A stretch of 62,696 nt of DNA, counting the filler, from Squatina squatina (lineage: Eukaryota), in assembly GCA_031763465.1 (NCBI GenBank). It is 4 parts of 4 records of this genome, joined end to end, with 100 filler letters (N's around TTAATTAATTAA, not from the genome) between each part and the next. Parts side by side here need not be neighbours in the genome. Positions count along the whole stretch, not along the records: positions 50,676 to 62,696 come from JARFOE010000149.1; 3 more parts are not named here. The stretch is one strand, 5' to 3'. The notes under the pieces are model-generated. The model made no database searches and was not told the origin of the DNA. It saw only the letters and a program-made list of their open reading frames with translations. Below are positions 61,473 through 62,696 of this stretch, piece after piece. The position numbers and the translations under genes are program-made. Every line of letters begins with the position of its first letter. Position 1 is the stretch's first letter.

Positions 61473-61696
61473 AAAACATAAGAAATAAAAGCAGGAGTAG
61501 GCCATTCGGCCCCTCGAGCTTGCTCCGCCATTCAATGAGATCAACCTGCTCAACCTTTCCTCATAAGATAACCTTTCCATACCCAGAATCAACCTAGTGA
61601 ACCTTCTCTGAACTGCCTCCAAAGCCAGTATATCCTTCCTTAAATAAGGGGACCAAAACTGTACGCAGTACTCCAGGTGTGGTTTCACCAGTGCCC
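61473..61696 (-). mobile_element. CR1 LINE fragment with internal deletion joined to tail
   Basis: [36 protein letters not shown]. Confidence 0.88.
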
Positions 61697-61796
61697 NNNN
61701 NNNNNNNNNNNNNNNNNNNNNNNNNNNNNNNNNNNNNNNNNNNNNNNNNNNNNNNNNNNNNNNNNNNNNNNNNNNNNNNNNNNNNNNNNNNNNNNN

Positions 61797-62375
61797 CACC
61801 TCCATCTTCCCACAGCACCTTCCCATGCAAGTGCAGGAGGTGCAACACCTACCCTTTCACCTCCTCCCTTCTCACCGTCCAGGGCCCCAAACACTACTTC
61901 CAGTTGAAACAAGGATTTATTTGTAATTATTTCAATTTCATATACTGTATTTGCTGCTCACTATGCGGCCTCCTCCACATTGGGGAGACCAAATACAAGT
62001 TGGTTGATCGCTTTGCTGAACAACTCCTTTTAATCCGCAAGTGTAACCCTGAGCTCACTTGCCATTTTAATTTTCCACCCTGTTCCCGCTCTGATCTCTC
62101 TGTCCTCAGCCTCCCACACTGTTCCAATGAAGCTCAAGGACTTTACAACCTTCCAGAACTCCATATAGAGTTCAACAATTTCAGATCATAACCATTGCTC
62201 CCATTTTTTTTTCCAGACAGCAGGTGCTGGTAATGATTCTACTGTTGCCATCTAGACCCATCTTTTGGTTCTTTGTCCTATTACCAGCCACTTTTACCTT
62301 GCACCATCATCCGTTTTGTCAGTTAATCACTTGTGCCTTCCACCCTATCACAGACCAACCCTTTTGTTCTTTCCT
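61797..62375 (+). mobile_element. Penelope-like retroelement GIY-YIG endonuclease C-terminus and 3' region
   Basis: TFPCKCRRCNTYP..IYCICCSLCGLLHIGETK..L.DRFAE..CHFN, a GIY-YIG with CxxC insert typical of Neptune-type PLEs. Confidence 0.85.
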
Positions 62376-62574
62376 TCACCGTATGCTCTGATTGCCCAGT
62401 TACACATTAAATCAAGCCATCAACCATAATAATTTCATTCTCACCACTCATTCCACTGGTTCAATTTGCTTTCAGTCCCTGAATATGACACATTGATTTT
62501 TTCAGTCTGAGGCATTAGGGTGAATTTCTGCAGAAGTTCTCTCGCTTGTCCATTGTTAACTTCAACAGAAGAGT

Positions 62575-62696
62575 CATAGTAATTACAGCACAGAAGGAGG
62601 CCATTTGGCCAGTCGAGTCCATGCCGGCTCTCTGTAGAGCAATCCAGTCAGTCCCATTCCCCTACTGTATATCTGTAGCCCTGCAAGTTTATTTCC
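62575..62696 (-). mobile_element. CR1 LINE 3' tail
   Basis: CACAGAAGGAGGCCATTTGGCCAGTCGAGTCCATGCCGGCTCTC, as at 36800-36845. Confidence 0.8.

Overview
Vertebrate genomic DNA, most likely a cartilaginous fish (shark/ray) judging by its CR1/HER1-type LINEs, SacSINE1/DeuSINE-like SINEs, L2 and Penelope repeats. It comes from a fragmented draft assembly: short contigs are joined by 100-N gaps, and three artificial N44-TTAATTAATTAA-N44 linkers split the window into four blocks (1-16567, 16668-30872, 30973-50575, 50676-62696). Recognisable exons, most with GT-AG boundaries, belong to ITSN2 (3 exons, -), GCFC2 (1 exon, +), MOGS (2 exons, +), an LGALS3BP-like gene (-) and FBXO41 (5 exons, -). There is also an unidentified Thr-rich repeat exon (-). 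The rest is mostly decayed CR1, L2, PIF/Harbinger, Penelope and SINE fragments, a 2.8-kb 23-bp satellite inside an FBXO41 intron, and a decayed tRNA cluster. The most unusual unexplained structure is a CpG-rich ~1.2-kb foldback element at 51484-52668 (~500-bp imperfect inverted arms, ~195-bp GC-rich core). No prokaryotic system or CRISPR is present. All identifications come from recalled family sequences and by-eye alignment; no searches were run.
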